64,000 nucleotides of DNA from Somniosus microcephalus (GCA_052327205.1 CM126213.1:116994001-117058000), one strand, 5' to 3'. Counted from the stretch's first letter, positions 11,027 through 24,234 are shown. Notes: generated by a model from the letters alone, not told the origin. Numbers and translations are program-made.

Positions 11027-13687
11027 CTGAAACAAATGAGAAAAGGGTAGATTTTAATTTCTTAGTTTGAAAACGCGATTTTAGAACTTACACTTTTGCA
11101 TCATTTTAATTCGTTGAAGGCACAGAAAAGACACCCGTACATGTGAGCACATTTGTCATCTGTTGATTTAAAGGCCTCTGACGTCAACTATTTAAAATGT
11201 TAGTGTTTAAAATGGAATGTCTGCCTGTGCAAGAGGCACAAACATGGTAAAAGTTCATTGCCTCAAATAGGTTGCTTTCTCCTCAGAGGGGGTGCAACTC
11301 CCCTTCCAGCTGTCCATAAATGAAGACCAGGCTTTGCCACTCTCTGCTTTCACAAGGTATTGTTATGTCAGCAAGCCCATCAATTAGGCTGTCTGAAGTT
11401 TTATCACCACAGCAGCAAATAAGTGCTGGTACAGAAAGGCTCCTGCTCATTCGCAGCTCCTGCAGTTTTAGACTGTAAAGTCAAGGGGTCATTTAGAGGT
11501 TAGCGACTGGCAACAGTGACCTTTTCAACCAAGATTTCCACACCCAGGGCAGGAAAAAAAAAGGCAAATGCCCATCAGGAATGTGGGTACTAAAAGACAT
11601 TTGAAAATAGACGACTTCTTTCTACAGGTCGAAACAGACACTTTTTATTTTGAGACGAAAGATACGTTTGCACTCAGGCACTTGTATCTTTTGTCATTTT
11701 GGGAAACAAAGGGGTGGAGAGGGATCAAAAATGGTGGTGGGGGCACCAGTCCATTAAGGTCTTTAAAATTAATACTTTTCTGGAAAACTTAAAAGTGCAA
11801 ACTTCTTACATAAAAAAAGTTCTCCAATTATTGTACTTCCAGAACACCACCAAAGTGCTGCAGTTGTAAAAAAAATTGTGGCAACCTTGGATTTCACTTT
11901 TGATTTGACAAATTATGATACAGCTTGACGGTCCCTCACTGTTACCAGAAAATTGCCACTTTCCTGTTCTTCCCAAACAGCCAGATAAAATCGCTTCATA
12001 AAAGATATGTGAAATTAATCATCTCAGGTCTGGCTTTAATTTATCTGCCCTGCCTCCCAGCCCAGCCACCGCGCACCCCCCGCCACAAAAAAACCCTCAT
12101 ATTTCTTACTATCTAAAATGTTAGCAATCTCTATGTGGAGGCCAAATGTTTGCATTTGAAATGGAGCCAAGCTACTCCACTGTCTTTTATATCCAACTCA
12201 GTGCAAGAAATACAACTCATGCGAATGGCATGTAACAAATGTCTCATGGCTGTGAAATTGGGGGATGGGGAGAAAGAGAGGAGAGTGAACCAGGAGCCCA
12301 AAAAAAACACTATCCCATGACGGATTTCTGATGCGAAATAGCCATAGTCAAATAGCTTATTATTCTAAAGTAAGCATTCTTATTTCAGAATTTACCTTCT
12401 AACAGGATTGTAATAATTTTTGCCAATGTTTTAGCAAGTGCATTATGAATTATTTTCTATCTATATGCGGATTATTGAAGGGGAATCCTCTAAAGATTTG
12501 CATTCTATCTTTGTTGTCAAAAAAAATGTCACCCAACACAATTACTTGTCTTGCCTAAGCTTCAGTTGAAAAGCTGCTTCAGGCATTAAAACTAGCTAAG
12601 CAACCGAAGAAAGAGATGTTCTTCAGGGAAATGGTGAGGCGTCTTTATAACAAGCAGTGCAGATATCATTAAATCAAATTGTCAGTAAACAAATGTCTGT
12701 TCCGCAGTCAGAATACACAAAGTGACCCTGTTCCGAATAAGAGCCAGTTCAGTTACGATTACCAGATCCAAACTGAATCCAATTTATCCCATGTTCACAC
12801 TTGCCACCATAATGAATTGTAGCAAGGCACAAAGTGATATTAAGTTATGCGTGTGACATGGGTGTCTGCAGATATATTTTTGATTTCAATCAATAGACTT
12901 TGAAGTCAAATCTGAATCAAGATCAAGTGCAATTAAACAGAACGGCTATAATGCACACCCACTGCAGTTTTTGGTGGAGGTTTTATGGGTAGTTTTGAAA
13001 CTGCAATTTTCAAATAAAAGCTTTTAGATGAAGGTCATTTTTTTTTCAATAGGAGTTGTGTCACTCTAGCAGTATGACTGGACTTCTAAACAGAGGTCCC
13101 AAGTCTGAATCCTGTGTTTAAATGATATTTAAGTGGTTGTCAGTTCTCAGGCAGGCCAGTAGATGGGGTACTTTGCAAAAGCAGGGTATTTTCACCCATG
13201 TGGGAAGAAAAATTGGCAGGACAAGTCCCACGCACTATATTGTGTCTCCCATTGACAAATCACAGAGCAGCATTCACGGCCGCAGTGGAGAACTCTGAAT
13301 TTCAGTGTTCTGAGCTCTTGGCTAATGGAGGAAGTGTCGCTCAGGTGGCAAACAGTACCAAACTGAAAGGGGAATTATAGGCAGACACTAATGTTTAGTG
13401 TCATGTAAAAGATCAATTGTGGGTTCAATTCTCACTTCCTGAACTAAGCAACACTAAAGCAGAAGCTGCAGTGTCTCCCTGTTGGGGGAGGGAATTCAGA
13501 AGGGAGAGTCCTGTCTGTCCAGTTAAAGTATCTACTGCTGGCTGGCTACAGGGAGCAATGATAGTAATGCGGGAGTAAGTAACACACACACCCTCTCAGT
13601 CGCAGGGGGTTTAAAGATCACGTGGACCTAACAAAATGGGGAATAATCTACGTCACAACATTACATAAAAGACATTTATCTGGAATG

Positions 13688-14815
13688 ACCTGGAATGCAC
13701 TGCCTGAAAGGGTGGTGGAAGCAGATTCAATAGTGACTTTCAAAGGGGAATTGGATATATACATAAGAACATAATAGGAGCAGGAGTAGGCCATTTGGCC
13801 CTTCGAGCCTGCTCCGCCATTCAATAAGATCATGGCTGATCTTCTACCTCAACTCCACTTTCCTGCACTATCCCCATATCCCTTGATTCCCTTAATATTC
13901 AAAAATCTATCAATCTCTGTCTTGAATTAACTTAACGACTGAGCCTCCACAGCCCTCTGGGGTAGAGAATTCCAAAGATTCACCACCCTCTGAGTGAAGA
14001 AGTTTCTCCATCTCAGTCCAAAATGGCCGACCCCTTATTCTGAGATTGTGACCCCTGGTTCTGGACTCCCCAGCCAGGGGAAACATCCTCCCTGCATCTA
14101 CCCTGTCAAGCCCTGTAAGAATTTTATATGTTTCAATGAGGTCACCTCTCATTCTTCTAAACTCTGGAGAATATAGGCCTAGTCTACTCAATCTCTCCTC
14201 ATAGGACAATCCCCCTATCCCAGGAACCAGTCTGGTGAACCTTCGTTGCACTCCCTCTATGGCAAGTATATCCTTCCTTAGGTAAGGAGACCAAAACTGT
14301 ACACAATACTCCAGATGTGTCTCACCAGGGCCCAAATAATTGCAGTAAGACATCTTTACTCTTGTACTCAAATCCTCTTGTAATAAAGGCCAACATACCA
14401 TTTGCTTTCCTAATTGCTTGCTCTACCTGCATGTTAACGTTCAGTGATTCGTGTACAAGGATACCCAGGTCCCTCTGAACACCAACATTTCCCAATCTCT
14501 CACCATTTAAAAAATACTCTGCTTTTCTATTTTTCCTACCAAAGTGGATAACTTCACATTTCTCCACATTATATTCCATTTGCCATGTTCTTGTCCACTC
14601 ACTTAGCCTGTCTATATCCCCTTGAAGCCTCCTTGCATCCTCCTCACAACTTACATTCCCATCCACCTTTACTATACTATAGTAATATACTAAAAGAGGA
14701 AAAATTTGCAGAACTACGGGGAAAGAGCAGTGGAGTGGGACTAATTGTATAGCTCTTTCAAAGAGTCGGCACAAACACGATGGGTCGAATGGCCTCCTTC
14801 TGTGCTGTATGATTC
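13688..14815 (+). mobile_element. CR1 LINE 3' fragment (outer element), split by a nested insertion
   Basis: tggaatgcactgcctgaaagggtggtggaagcagattc..ttggatatatac resumes at 14691 and runs to gaatggcctccttctgtgctgtatgattc, a CR1-type 3' end. Confidence 0.8.
13763..14684 (-). mobile_element. 5'-truncated CR1 LINE (RT C-terminal region and 3'UTR), frameshifted
   Basis: ORFs with LQGDIDRLSEW..WQMEYNVEKCEVIHFG and LEYCVQFWSPYLRKDILAIEGVQRRFTRL. Tail is tatgttcttat; flanked by duplicated atatac. Confidence 0.93.
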
Positions 14816-17800
14816 CAGGAGTTTTTTTTAAGAAGAAAAAAGTTTCAGGAATAACTTTTAATATTAAATGCCAGTAGGTATCTCTGAGTTTTTTTTAGGA
14901 CCTGTATCTGTTCATGGCAGTATGTTATCCCAGGTCTCCCAATTTTTCTCTTTGCAAGTAACCCCAAACTATGTGCCTACTGTGCTCAAGAGGGAAGGGT
15001 GCGTCACTTGCTCCTTGATCATTACCGATGTCAGTTCTGGCAGTATGGCTGAGGGAAATGGGGATTAAATCTGTCCCATTAACACTCGGTAGCACCAGAT
15101 ATTGCTTGTCTAACATGTTACACTATAGCATTATCGGAGCTACCTTTGATTTTACTCGGCTAACACCGTCTCACTGCGGTAATGGTAACTACCCAGGCTG
15201 ATCTAACCTGTTATCAATATAATGCTACCTCCCCACCCTCCCTGCATACTGAGTTTAATTAGGAGGTGTGTATTTGCACTCTGATCTAACATTATAGTAC
15301 ATTAATTTGTACTGTTTATATTTAACATTTTGATTTGAAACCGGCAAAAGGAAAGCACATCCAAATGTAACTATTTGAAGCCTGGTGTCAAATGCAATAG
15401 GACTGTTGCATCTAAAGAACTGTCCTGTCGTTCTCTTCAATTTTTAAAATGATACTTTATAATGTAACATTTAAAATTTGTGGGTTACTTTTTCAGATGT
15501 CAAGTGGGAAAAAGATGTGCTATCAGAACTCAAAGGTTTACAGGTGTAGGGTAAATTACACTTCAGATCTTTTGGTGTCCATACTTGCTCATTTTGAGCA
15601 TAGTAACCTTCTCCTTACTAGACTCACTGGCAGGCTAATGTGTTGTGTCCCTTTGGGAGTTGATTCAAAGCTCTGTAGCTACACTCCCTTTTATCAATCA
15701 GAATACGGCCAATTGAGATTATCAGACCAGGCAGATAAGGCTGTTTTCTCTCCTCCCAAGAGCCACTAATGGTGTGTGCACATGACACAAAAAAAACTCC
15801 AGAGATGAGAAGGAGACTTCATGTGCTCCTGTATCACATCACAGGGTAATGCACCCCTCCTCTTTCCCTTCCCCCATTCATTTCTCCCTGGCGTTCTCCA
15901 AGTAATGGGCTGGACTAAATTACTAGGTTTTTCTTTTTACCCCCAACCATTTTTATTATTTACATCTGGTAGTCTCCTTATTATAAAGTCTCTCTTGCTC
16001 CCCTCGTACACACTTGCACACAGAGCTGCAAACCATTATAGTCCCTCTCAGCATGGGAACTTCATACTGTCTTCAAACAAATAATTACAGGCAAGGTTAA
16101 GGGGTCACATAGAGGTCATATCTTTGGATACTCATCAGAATGTTTACATTAGTACGAAGAGTGGTTCATTTAACATGCAGAGATTTAAAAAATGTTTCTA
16201 CTGTCTCACAAATGAGAAATAGGCACTTTAAAATGCTAGCCAAAAACAGAAACACGAACTTCCAAATATATAATCCTGAAAGTTTGCATATGCTTATGTT
16301 TAATGCATTCACTAATTGATCCTGACAATACGAGTAGTGATTCCTCTGCAGTTACCTTTAAAAAACACACACAATTCTGTGTGGTGCCTCTATATGTAGG
16401 GTTAACATTCTCCTACATCTATGCTCAAGTTTTATTGAACTTATTTCCCCTTTACTCATACCACCCTGTTTTCTGCTTCACTGATTCAATACCACACCTG
16501 GCAACCTACTCCTATTTTTAGCATTCTTGCCATGAGAAATCTTCATGCCAAACCTTATTTATCTGGAATGAAGCCCACATTAGATCGTCACTTCTACTTA
16601 AGCAAACTATCCTCCAAAACTAGTTGTTTAACCGGTTTGTGAAATCTTGTAGCTGATAACTGGAATCTAGCCTATAAGCTGAATACCATGCCTATTAGTA
16701 AGCCTTTCATTCTGTGACAGGACCTAATAGGCATGCTGATGAACTTTGATATTTTAAACAGTAAAATGTATTTGTATGGTAAGCAGAATTTTACTTTCTT
16801 GTGCAGGCCAGGATGCATTATGATTTGATTTCTCCCTATACAGAAATATAAATGTTCCAGTTCGAATAAAAAGAATCAATAACCTTTGTCGAATCTTCTA
16901 TTTAATAGATCATAACAAATGCAGTTCAACTGAAATAACATGTAAATAATAATGGGAACACTTATGACCAGTCCAGCTACTAGAAGTATCAGCTCCTGGC
17001 CAGATTTTCCTGTTTCTGCACCTGGGGCTTTTGGATCACCTGGACACAGGAATATTGAGTAGGGAGGCATGGCCACCTGCAAGGGAGCCTTCCCAATTTC
17101 CATCCCTGTAAATTAATGAATGGAAATTTGGGCAACTCAATTTGAGATGGGTGCTCCTGACCCCTGATTTTCCTGGATTTGCTGCATCCAGCTTATCCAA
17201 TGGCCCTATTAGCTTGCTATCAGAAAATCCCATTGCAATTTTCCAGTGTACCTTTGTAGTTTAGAAAGGCTGCTGAACTAAGGAGTTATCAACATAGGCT
17301 AAAAGAGTTGGGACTCTACACTTTAGAGAAGGGTAGACATGGGGGTGATCTGATTGAGGTTTATAAGATGATGAAGAGAATAGATTGTGTCCCAGTTGAC
17401 AGTTTGATGTAATCTTTTCCGACACCTGCCAAATAATCCAATGGGGAAACCACGAGGGTTGTCTATCCCTTTAAGAGATTTTGTTTGTCCTGCACCATAC
17501 AACTTCCTTTTCCCATGCCCTAGCACCCTCATGTGGTCTCTCTTTCATTATTTTGACCTAGGTAGCATAAGGTTATGAGAAGAAATCCAAAATATGAATT
17601 CCATTTTTCCTGTATAGTTAAAAAAAAGAAACAATTTGCTGAACAGTTACATTAACAAAAATCAGAAAATTAATAATACTTTGTAGATAAAATTCAGATT
17701 CCTAGTTGTTAACATAATAAATCATAATAAATAATGTAATAAACCATTCTCTGTAGACCTCGGTCTGGGGAATATTTGGTAATTAGAAGATAACTTCATT

Positions 17801-18937
17801 TGTACTTCTTTACAAAGTGAATGATCTTCTTCCTTGTTAATTTTCTCACATATATAGGTCAGTTACCAAAGTAACTTCCATTTTATGAAAAAAGACCTGT
17901 CCAGTTAGGATCTGTGGTCGACAAAATTCAGCTCGACCGCATGCCTTTATTTCCTTCAGAGCCCAGGAGCATAAAGTGTGGGATGAACAAAGTCCATTCA
18001 ATCCAGCAAGTCTGTTCCCTCCACCAACCACGTAGAATTTGCCTGAATGCCAAACTTTTTGTGAAACATTTCCCTATGCTCCCAGAGATAATCATGCAAA
18101 ATATTAATCCAACCTCTGACTGGTTGCATTCTAATGCTACTGAAATCAGCTCTTGTAACCGCTACAGTCTTATAGAATGGACTTTAATTTACCGGTGTAG
18201 TCTTCTTTTCCTGCCATCCAGTAGTGATTGAAAAAGTAGGATGAAGAACTCTTTCCTCATGATTGCTGAGGTAAGACTGTGGAGTGATTAATACACTTCT
18301 TCACATCCTTCTATGTGATATTAAAGACATAATGAGGGTGGAAATTCCTGGGCCAAAGAGATTTATCTGGGCAGTAGTGTAATTCAGGACAGGACCTGGT
18401 TACATTGAGCCCATACACCATTCTTTTTGAACTTGCCAAATTCTGCTGCAAATGGGGATGGCCTCATTTTGTGCCCAGACCATTTCTGTGCAGATGTCAC
18501 AGAAATAGGCGGGACTAATGGGACAACGTCATCTGCAGAAGATCTGCCACTTCTGCCGCTGTTCTCCCAATACAATACATGAAGCCATCGTGCTAGTGTG
18601 GCAGGGCCTGAGCTTGGCGGAAGTGTGGCTTGCTGTGATTTCAAAGGCTGATTCCCTTGTGTCATTCGCTGACAGAGTGACTGACTACCATTACGGCAGC
18701 AACAACATTGAAATTAGAGCTGTGGTAACGTGCTGCAATCATATCGCTCCCCTCTCGCCCTCATTGCACCAGAAATGACACAGGTACCTGCCCAAAGTAT
18801 GCTCATTTGGAATAGGTTGAGGGTGCATCCATGGAGCAGATGGAAGTTCTGCCTTGCCCCAGATCTCCCTTCAGGCAGCTGCCACAGGAACACCTAGGCT
18901 CATATTTTATGTTAAATTAAGCTTCAGGTTCAAGGGG

Positions 18938-19665
18938 ACCGTTCACAACCTTGGTGTCGTATTTGACACCGAGATGAGCTTCCGACCACATATCCGTTCC
19001 ATCATCAAGACCTTTCACCTCCGTAACACCGCCCCACCACCCATGGTGGTGGTCCCTGCCTCAGCTCATCTGCTGCCGAAACCCTCATCTGTGCCTTTGT
19101 TACCTATCGACTTGACTATTCCAATGCTCTCCTGGCCAGCCTTCTATCTTCCACCCGACATAAACTTGAGCTCATTCAAAACTCTGTTGCCCATATCCTA
19201 ACTCGCACCAAGTCCCGTTCACCCATCACCCCTGCGCTCGCTGACCTACATTGGCGCCCAGTCTGGCAACGCCTCAATTTTAAAATTCTCATCCTTGTTT
19301 TCAAAACCCTCCATGGCCTCGCCCCTCCTATCTCTGTAGTCTCCTCCAGCCCTACAAGCTTCAAGGTCTCTGCGCTCCTCCAATTCTGGCCTCTTTTGCA
19401 GCCTCAATTTTAATCGCTCCACCATTGGCAGCTGTGCCTTCAGCTGCCTGGGCCCTAAGTTCTGGAAATCCCTCCCTAAACCTCTCCGCCTCTCTACCTC
19501 TCTCTCCTCCTAGAAGACACTCTTTAAAACCTACCTCTTTGACCAAGCTTTGGTCACCTGTCCTAATACCTCTTTACGCAGCTCGGTGTCAAATTTTGTT
19601 TGATAATGCTCCTGTGAAGCGCTTTGGGACATTTTACTACGTTAAAGGCACTATTTAAATGCAAG
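18938..19665 (+). mobile_element. L2-clade LINE 3' fragment
   Basis: VHNLGVVFDTEMSFRPHIRSI, homologous to the 24712 copy. Tail ctgtgaagcgctttgggac..aaaggcactatttaaatgcaag. Confidence 0.88.
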
Positions 19666-21136
19666 GTTTTTTGTACATTAGATTATACAAAAGAAGATTT
19701 TAATAAGCTCCAACTAGAAGTTTGTCAGAAGACCTAACCTTCTTGCCTCCTTTTGTAAATCCGGATACTAAAGGAAGTAATCTACTGCGTCCCTTTCCAA
19801 GGAAGAATGAAATCCAGAGATAGCTGTTACATGCAATCTAATAGTCTGCAATAATCCACTTTGGGCATTTTACTTTATTTCTCTCAGTAATGAGATCAGT
19901 AGACAAGGAGTAGTATATGCAGCATACCAAAACACTGTTTTCGTAAAGTAAATTCTCCTGTCTAGTCCAGCTGAAAAGGAAGAGGTAGAGATGGTCTCAG
20001 AACCATGCAATGAAGCAGTCAGAATGAAGCAGTAGAGATCATATTCATTTTCTCCTCAGCTAACATGGTTAGAGTAAAGAAATGGGTGGATGCTGCAATC
20101 TTCTCTGCCAGAGGAGTGACAAGCCATTGTGTGACACGGCTATGTTGTTTTGAATACTGTTCCTGGGGTGGAAGACTCTCAACTTTCTGCAGTTAAGCAG
20201 ACCTCTTGCAGTAAACAGACATCTTGCCATGTACTTCTTGGACTACAACTTTCTGATGGACTTCCCACTCTTAAGCCATATCATGTTTCTTGGTCCATGC
20301 TATCAGAATGTTCTGTGCTCCTGTTAGTTGCCGGGATATATTCAGTTTTGATACTAATAATAGTACAACACCAATAGCATGTTTTCGCAGAATGCCAGAT
20401 GAACATTTAAACAAACTGCAATTTAATTTGCTCCAACATTTTATGCCAAATCACTAAGGAGGAATGTCCACCCACAGAGCAGGAATCCCAGGAGCCATTC
20501 CTCTGGCTAAAGTAGATTTGAAATATGATTTTATTTTGTTAATAATGAAAACTGGCTCACGATGGCTGCAAAAAGTGATTTAATAATGGTGGTAGTGCTT
20601 ATTTTATAACTTATGTAGTCATGGTCTCTGTGACATGGGTTAACACTATGCTAGCAACATCTACAGAGACAAACATTTTATGCAGTTTTCCATTATCCCA
20701 CAAATTCTGGATTAGTACTCAGTCACTGGAGCACTACTGAAAAGTGCCAAAGGCTTTGTCCCTATGCAGGTGTTTGCTCACAGAAATAATCACGTAGTTC
20801 ACAATATTAAGTACTGGAGGGTGACCAGCAATGGGCAGTAACTGCCGGCCTTGCCAACAAAGCCTACATCCCAAGAATGACATTTTAAAAAACACGTAAA
20901 CACCAACACACCCGATATAAGCAGTGGGGACCATATCACACTTGTCCTCAGCAGGTCCATGGAACATCCAAACCTAAACTCTGCGATACTCATTCTTGGT
21001 GCAGAGACCTGACCCCAGGGATGGTGGATATTGTCTACTCCTGTGACTGTATCATGACTCAGCTCCCTTGATAAGTGTAATGTCTGTGTGACCAGTGTTA
21101 AAAGTGGCAATATCCAAGTTTCCCTTTAGAAGGGTG

Positions 21137-21605
21137 TGATGTAGTAATATCATCTTACAGAATCGCCAGGGTGGAGTTTGGGGCGCCAGGCTGAGAGAAT
21201 TACAGCCAAGGACCATTATCTATCATGAAGTTGCTTGCAGTAATCATTTTCATAATGCAAGTTGTTTTAAAAGGTCACTACAGATTCATGGTGCACCATG
21301 AGGGAGACTGCTGTATATAACAATATTACACAAATGACACCATGTATACTTTGTGAGGACATTATGTGTATGTGGTAAACCACTGTTTGTATTCCTGTTT
21401 GTCCTGTTTGTATTCCACTGTGTACATGCCTGGACATGCCTCGGCTGACTCCTCCCACAGGTCCTAGTATAAAGGTGACTGCTCCCCAGCCCTTGGTATC
21501 CTGGACCGGTCGACCACTCGAGGTAGACCTCCATTCTGTTGTTAATAAAAGCCTTTAGTTACTCTTCTAACTCTCAGTCTTTTATGAGTAATTGATAGCG
21601 CATCA
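21137..21605 (+). mobile_element. Solo LTR (469 bp)
   Basis: Inverted termini TGATG...CATCA, TATAAA at 21468 and AATAAA at 21544 in U3-R-U5 order. The TSD is only partially preserved (gtg/gtg). Confidence 0.7.
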
Positions 21606-22306
21606 GTGTAGAACAAGAATCAGGATCTGTCAACGGCCCACAAGTTCCCAATAATTTCTACATTTCCAGCTCAGCAACAGTGACTGCACTTCAAAGTAAT
21701 CCATTATGTGTGCAGCACTTTGGGACATTCCGAGAGAGGTGAAAAGGTCCTATATAAATGCATGTTCTTTCTTTCTTTTACCCATGGTATATGTCGAGCA
21801 AGAAATTAAGATGACTAGCAAATTTTGATCAGGTCCCAACTTGTTCCTGATTCGTACTGGTACAGTCATTCCTGTTTTGTGCAAATCTGTGTATGAGCAA
21901 TAAGTCTGTCCTGCATGTGGTATGCAATAGGAATCTACTGTAGTTCAGCAAACTTACAATCAGACTTTGTAATAACGGGTATCTGATTTTTTAAATACAT
22001 TTATATTTTGTGATTGCAATGGAAAATCAATTAAACGTATCCAAAAATTGAAATATTTTCCAGCTAAATATTTAAAACATTTAAAATTCATCAGAAAGAA
22101 GGAAAAATCAACACAAATAAGTTGTGCTATAGAATATCTATCTTGCCTTTACATTATGACATATTTTAATAATCCACCCACTAAGCCTACAGTATAGGAA
22201 TTCACACTTATAAATATAAACAGTAAATAAAATGGAAATTATATTTATTCAATGCTTTAATGAATCACTAATGTTCCTATTGAGGATATTAGAAAGGTCC
22301 TGTGAA

Positions 22307-23764
22307 ATACAAATTTTGTTTGAGCAAGTGATGTTAGCTGGTTAGCATGCGAGTGTGATATTGATGATTGATTAAAGATCACTTTATTATTTCACAGATG
22401 TGAATTCAATGTTCTGTTTGTAATTGAAAAATGAGTGGTATGGGATAGGAATGATGTGATTGTACAAATAACACTAATGTTAGCGATAAGACCTGTGAGT
22501 ATACAAAGACTAATGTTGAACACCATTTGATTGTGTCACAGTTTGAACATATAGCTATATCTATATATATAAAAAACGGTCTGTCTTTCCGTCTGTCTGT
22601 CCGGCTATACAATCAAAAGTTATAGAGCGTACCTACACATATGTTATATCAAAAGAAAGCTTATCATTAGGTGAGTCTCATAGGCATATTTACTTTTTGG
22701 TCAGACAAAAATTATTCGGACAGTATACAAAAAAGGTTCAAAAATCCTCAAAACTCCACTCATTAGCGGTTGACCAATCCTACCTCTCATTAGCGTTGAG
22801 TGACGTGCTGCTTGACCAATCCTACAGTTCAGTGACCTGATGGTTGACCAATCACGGGCGGGACCTAATCCTCCAGTCTCCCTAAACTTCGACGCCATTT
22901 CTTTCATCCCCACAGGGACAGCACCAGCCAAACAAACCCCCACATTGCGACTCCGGGACCGGCAGGTGAGTTTACACACAGCGGGCGGGTCATCGGCAGC
23001 GGCTGCCCATCAACCGCGCCACCCGCGGGGGAGCTCAGCGGCAGCTGCCGGCCGTCAACCGCGCGATCCCCTGGGGAGCTCAGCTCGGGTCCGTCTCGGC
23101 CCGAGATCCCGGCCGACCCTCAACCGCTAGGCCCCGCACGGCCCGTATCACAACGGCACCGGGCCTGAGGCGCTAGGCAGGGAGAGGGGAGGGAGGGACA
23201 GAGAGAGGGGGAGGGACGGGAGGAAGGGACAGGAGAAGAGAGGGGGAGAGGGAGGGAGAGAGAGAGGGGACAGACAGGGGCAGGGAGACTGTGCGGCCCA
23301 AAATTGCCCTGGTAACGCCGGGCACCCCCTGTAGTATATAATATCTATATCTTATATATATAGCAACACAATATTGCCCTAAGAAAATAGTCTCCCTGGT
23401 GGTTCAGTAGGTGATTTAATTGCTTAGGGTGATACTGAGGTATTTAATCAGCAAGGTTGATATTGTTTTGCTATATATATATATATATATATATATATAA
23501 GTATAGATATATATATAGCTATATGTTCAAACTGTGACACAATCAAAGTGTTCAACATTAGTCTTTGTATACTCACAGGTTTTATCGCTAACATTAGTGT
23601 TATTTGTACAATCACATCATTTCTATCCCATACCACTCATTTTTCAATTACAAACAGAACATTGAATTCACATCTGTGAAATAATAAAGTGATCTTTAAT
23701 CAATCACCAATATCACACTCGCATGCTAACCAGCTAACATCACTTGCTCAAACAAAACTTGTAT
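22307..23764. repeat. Long inverted duplication: left arm 22307-22559 plus 23335-23374, right arm 23460-23764
   Basis: The arms are reverse complements with about 5-6 differences over ~250 bp by hand count. The match continues through a (TA)n tract to tagcaacacaatat/atattgttttgcta. Confidence 0.95.
22560..23334 (+). mobile_element. Non-autonomous Helitron-like element (775 bp)
   Basis: Starts TCTATATATATAAAA with a ctgt-type microsatellite. GC hairpin gccctggtaacgccgggc lies ~11 nt before a ..GTAG end (variant of CTAG). Inserted between A and T with no TSD. Confidence 0.75.
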
Positions 23765-23992
23765 ATTCAAACCTCAGCTGCAGCAGCAATCATGGCATTA
23801 CAATTGGCCTTGGCACCGTTGAGTTAGGGATGGAGAAAGTTAGCCAAGGTTTCCACTTCTGAGTGTTATCCAGTAATCTCCGCTGGAAAGTTTATATGAA
23901 GATGTCAGCAGAGGGCAGGATTAGGTTCGACAATGTTGCCCTTCATGTTAGGTAAGCTCATACCTGAAGAATGGCCACTTGGATGAGATACC
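23389..23992 (+). mobile_element. tRNA-type SINE, head 23389-23459 and body from 23770, split by the right arm of the inverted duplication
   Basis: A-box-like tggttcagtagg. Body cattacaattggccttggcacc..tatccagtaatctccgctggaaag..tgaagaatggccacttgg matches the 57700 copy. Confidence 0.65.
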
Positions 23993-24234
23993 ATAGAAAA
24001 CATAGAAACATAGAAGATAGGAGCAGGAGTAGGCCATTCGGCCCTTCGAGCCTGCTCCGCCATTCAACGAGATCATGGCTGATCATCCAAACCCTAGCAC
24101 CCGATCCCTACACCGACAGCCATCCCACCCAAGCCCTATCCCTGTAACCCCGTAACCCCACGTATTTAATCCCCACTAACACTAAGGGCCAATTTTTATC
24201 ATGGCCAATCAACCTAACCCGCACATCTTTGGAC
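23993..24234 (-). mobile_element. HE1-like V-SINE with CR1-type 3' tail
   Basis: Minus strand gtccaaagatgtgcgggttaggttgattggccatgataaaaattggcccttagtg (V-domain-like) followed by the same CR1 3' end as at 13763 and a (tatgtttc)n tail. Confidence 0.7.

Noticed and set aside
13910-14774. Functional reverse transcriptase gene
   Set aside because: 5'-truncated, frameshifted CR1 fragment; the same applies to the L2 ORFs at 18854 and 24678.
22307-23764. Single DNA transposon with 250-bp TIRs
   Set aside because: No TSD is evident, the arms continue inward past the Helitron, and the right arm splits a SINE, so a local inverted duplication fits better.
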